DNA of 64,000 nt, from assembly GCA_002269645.1 (NCBI GenBank), contig NIVC01001639.1, positions 92,201 through 156,200 on the forward strand, in the 5' to 3' direction. Shown here piece after piece: positions 61,600 to 64,000 of the stretch. Position 1 is the first letter of the stretch. The number at the start of each line of letters is the position of its first letter. The notes beneath the pieces are model-generated. The model was not told where the DNA came from and made no database searches. It worked only from the letters and a program-made list of their open reading frames with translations. The stretch comes from Macrostomum lignano. Its lineage: Eukaryota. The translations under genes were made by a program, and so were the position numbers.

Positions 61600-62300
61600 T
61601 GAGGTTCAGTTGTCACTGCAGAGCTCATGAGTCATAAGCATGAGATGAAGAGGTTCAGTTGTCACTGCAAATCTAATGAGTCATAACCATGAGATGAAGA
61701 GGTTCAGTTGTCACTGCAAAGCTCATGAGAGTCATAAGCATGAGATGAAGAGGTTCAGTTGTCACTGCAAAGCTCATGAGAGTCATAAGCATGAGATGAA
61801 GAGGTTCAGTTGTCACTGCAAAGCTCATGAGAGTCAAAGCATGAGATGAAGAGGTTCAGTTGTCACTGCAAAGCTCATGAAAGTCAAAGCATGAGATGAA
61901 AAGGTTCAGTTTTCACTGCAAAGCTCATGAGAGTCAAAGCATGAGATGAAGAGGTTCAGTTGTCACTGCAAAGCTCATGAGAGTCATAAGCATGAGATGA
62001 AGAGGTTCAGTTGTCACTGCAAAGCTCATGAGAGTCATAAGCATGAGATGAAGAGGTTCAGTTGTCACTGCAAAGCTCACGAGTCATAAGCATGAGATGA
62101 AGAGGTTCAGTTGTCACTGCAAAGCTCACGAGAGTCATAAGCATGAGATGAAGAGGTTCAGTTGTCACTGCAAAGCTCACGAGAGTCATAAGCATGAGAT
62201 GAAGAGGTTCAGTTGTCACTGCAAAGCTCATGAGAGTCATAAGCATGAGATGAAGAGGTTCAGTTTTCACTGCAGAGCTCATGAGTCATAACCATGAGAT
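61600..62300. repeat. 49-51 bp minisatellite (gagatgaagaggttcagttgtcactgcaaagctcatgagagtcataagcat)n
   Basis: About 14 copies. Confidence 0.94.
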
Positions 62301-62311
62301 GTTGTCTTTAC

Positions 62312-62521
62312 CCCGTACGTGTAAGAGATCGCCTCGACATGGTTCATTTCTTCGACGCTATAATCACGTCAGCCATGGTGGCCAGGCCATTCTCCGCTTC
62401 GCACTTCTGCCTGCTTGGCGTCCAGGTGCCAAAGTCAAGGTACAGTCTGTACTTCACTCCGCACAGGTCGATGAGTTTGTACACGTCAAGCAGCTGGTGA
62501 TTGTGAAAGATTCTGTAGACT
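62312..62521 (-). other. Orphan exon-like segment resembling the N-terminal part of a C-type lectin domain
   Basis: Acceptor ctacag at 62522; translation KYRLYLDFGTWTPSRQKCEAENGLATMA resembles the CTL pattern CY.F.....TW.EA...C...GG.LA.I; stop at 62344 or a 1-nt frameshift to a gtaaag donor at 62311. Confidence 0.35.
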
Positions 62522-63099
62522 CTGTAGTGCGGCAAAAACTTCAATTCTCTTCTTCCCCTTAAGTTAGTTGACTCGCACATATAGAAACTTACATGTACTT
62601 TCTCCGAACAATTTTAACCGCCAGTCAGGCATATCGTTGTTTTACTATTTTCTTTTGCTGTTTTGGGGCTTGCGAACGAAAATTGGCCCGAGAGCTCTCG
62701 TACGAGCAGCAAGGACTACTAGACAGTTAGGGTTATGACTAGCTAGAAATCAAACAGGTCTATAGGTCTATAAAGTATCTATTACTAGGTTCGGCCATCC
62801 AAGTCGATAAACATTTGTCCTTAGTAATAGGCCTAGCCTAGTCATAAGTAATGTAAAAAACGGTAAATAACCTAATAATATGACTAAAAACCACAAAATA
62901 ATATAATTTAGCTAAGTGTTTCTGGTTACATACTGCAAAATTTCGGAAATCAATAGCCATAGGCTTATGCAAACAGCACATTATGTTGAAAATCATGCAA
63001 TTCGTCTATCTCACTAATGTATACGAGAACTGAAATCGGCCTTCAACTATTTTTACACGAATCGAGAGTAAAAACGTCCTTATATAACGAAGTGTAAGT

Positions 63100-63660
63100 G
63101 TTCCTAGTGGTCCTTGACGAGCAGCTTCACAGGGACAGGACGGGCGCGCAGAACTGCCGTTAATCACGCACCGCGCCCCTCTCGCAGGCTCAGGAACGTC
63201 CTTCTGAACCAAAATCGAAAAGGATATTCCAGCCCTTGTCACGACCTTTACCGGCCATGGCCCATGGGCTACCTCGCCAGGCACTGCTTCATACGAGGCG
63301 ACCTCGAGAGTGAACTTGGCCCTTTCTGCGAGCACGACAACGAAGATGCTCAGCATTTTGTTTGTCACTGCCCTTTCTACGGCTAAGCTACCTCGGGTCG
63401 AACCAGTCCATTGATGAGGTCTGCCAGCCCGACAGCATCCCACATGGCTCATGCATCCAGCAGTTCCTTCAGGCCACAAGACGGGCCACTTTCTTCCCCA
63501 CGGAAGATCACGCTGCAGGACGCACCGGCGGGCCACCTTGACCGGCCCCACACGCCTCTGCCTGTCTGTGGGCCTTCAGGGGCTAGCGGAATGGCGACCC
63601 TCGCCTCCCCGCTGTGTCTACGGACCACCCTGCAGCTAAGTCATGTAAGTCGTACGAGCA
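63100..63660 (+). mobile_element. Degenerate 3' end of a non-LTR retrotransposon (LINE) ORF2 with a C-terminal zinc-knuckle region
   Basis: GYLARHCFIRG...GPFCEHDNEDAQHFVCHCPFY matches the LINE C-terminal C-x2-C-x7-H-x4-C knuckle with the first Cys lost; stops and frameshifts follow; short taagtca tail. Confidence 0.65.
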
Positions 63661-64000
63661 GAACTGTTGCCTCATCGATAGATACGACTACTGAGCCTTG
63701 ATGATTTGAGAATATTGATTTTCATTCCTTGCTATCTGCAAAGAAAAAACTTTCTCCAGTCCCATGTCTCGTGTTAAAAGAACTGACAAAGAAAGAAGTA
63801 ACAAAACACTTTACAATAACAGTTTTGGCTAAAGTTATAAGTAGCAGTCTAGAGAGTGTAGGCCAGGAGTCAATTGTGTGTTATGCCACACTGATTATAT
63901 TTGTTTCCTAGTAACTTATTGGACAAAACTATCAGAGAGATGGCCAGGTTGTTAATTTATTGGACTTGACCTCAAGGATGCACTTTTGCTATAGAGAGAG

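Noticed and set aside
63006-63551. 181 aa minus-strand ORF
   Set aside because: Antisense to the LINE remnant; no recognisable domain.

Overview
Animal genomic DNA with spliceosomal GT-AG genes and very dense intronic micro/minisatellites. A tegumental-allergen-like (EF-hand + dynein-light-chain) gene points to a flatworm, and the GC-rich exons with satellite-filled introns fit a Macrostomum-like free-living species (inference). Six genes could be reconstructed by hand with consistent splice phases: (1) a CD109/TEP-type thioester protein (minus, 6746 to beyond the left edge); (2) an intronless class I/II PLP aminotransferase (minus, 8462-9880); (3) a 181-aa TAL protein (plus, 10763-13421); (4) a 12-exon, 656-aa Meis/homothorax TALE homeobox gene (plus, 19397-37614); (5) a strongly divergent 288-aa ETS-domain factor with an RS tract and a PxDLS-like motif (plus, 49744-52588); (6) a ~1524-aa ankyrin-repeat protein apparently ending in a coding (QPAN)n tail (minus, 53993-61022). 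The window also holds two tRNA-derived SINE families, a TIR/MITE-like element, a LINE 3' remnant, an orphan C-type-lectin-like exon and about 30 tandem arrays. The most unusual signals are the divergent ETS protein and the way satellite arrays are arranged around the Meis gene: same-family arrays bracket frame-symmetric exon modules including the whole homeobox, one array copies a splice donor, one is packed with TGACAG Meis sites, and inverted (GATA)n blocks flank the locus. Those architectural readings are hypotheses and may reflect neutral satellite turnover. No CRISPR, rRNA or intact tRNA genes were seen.
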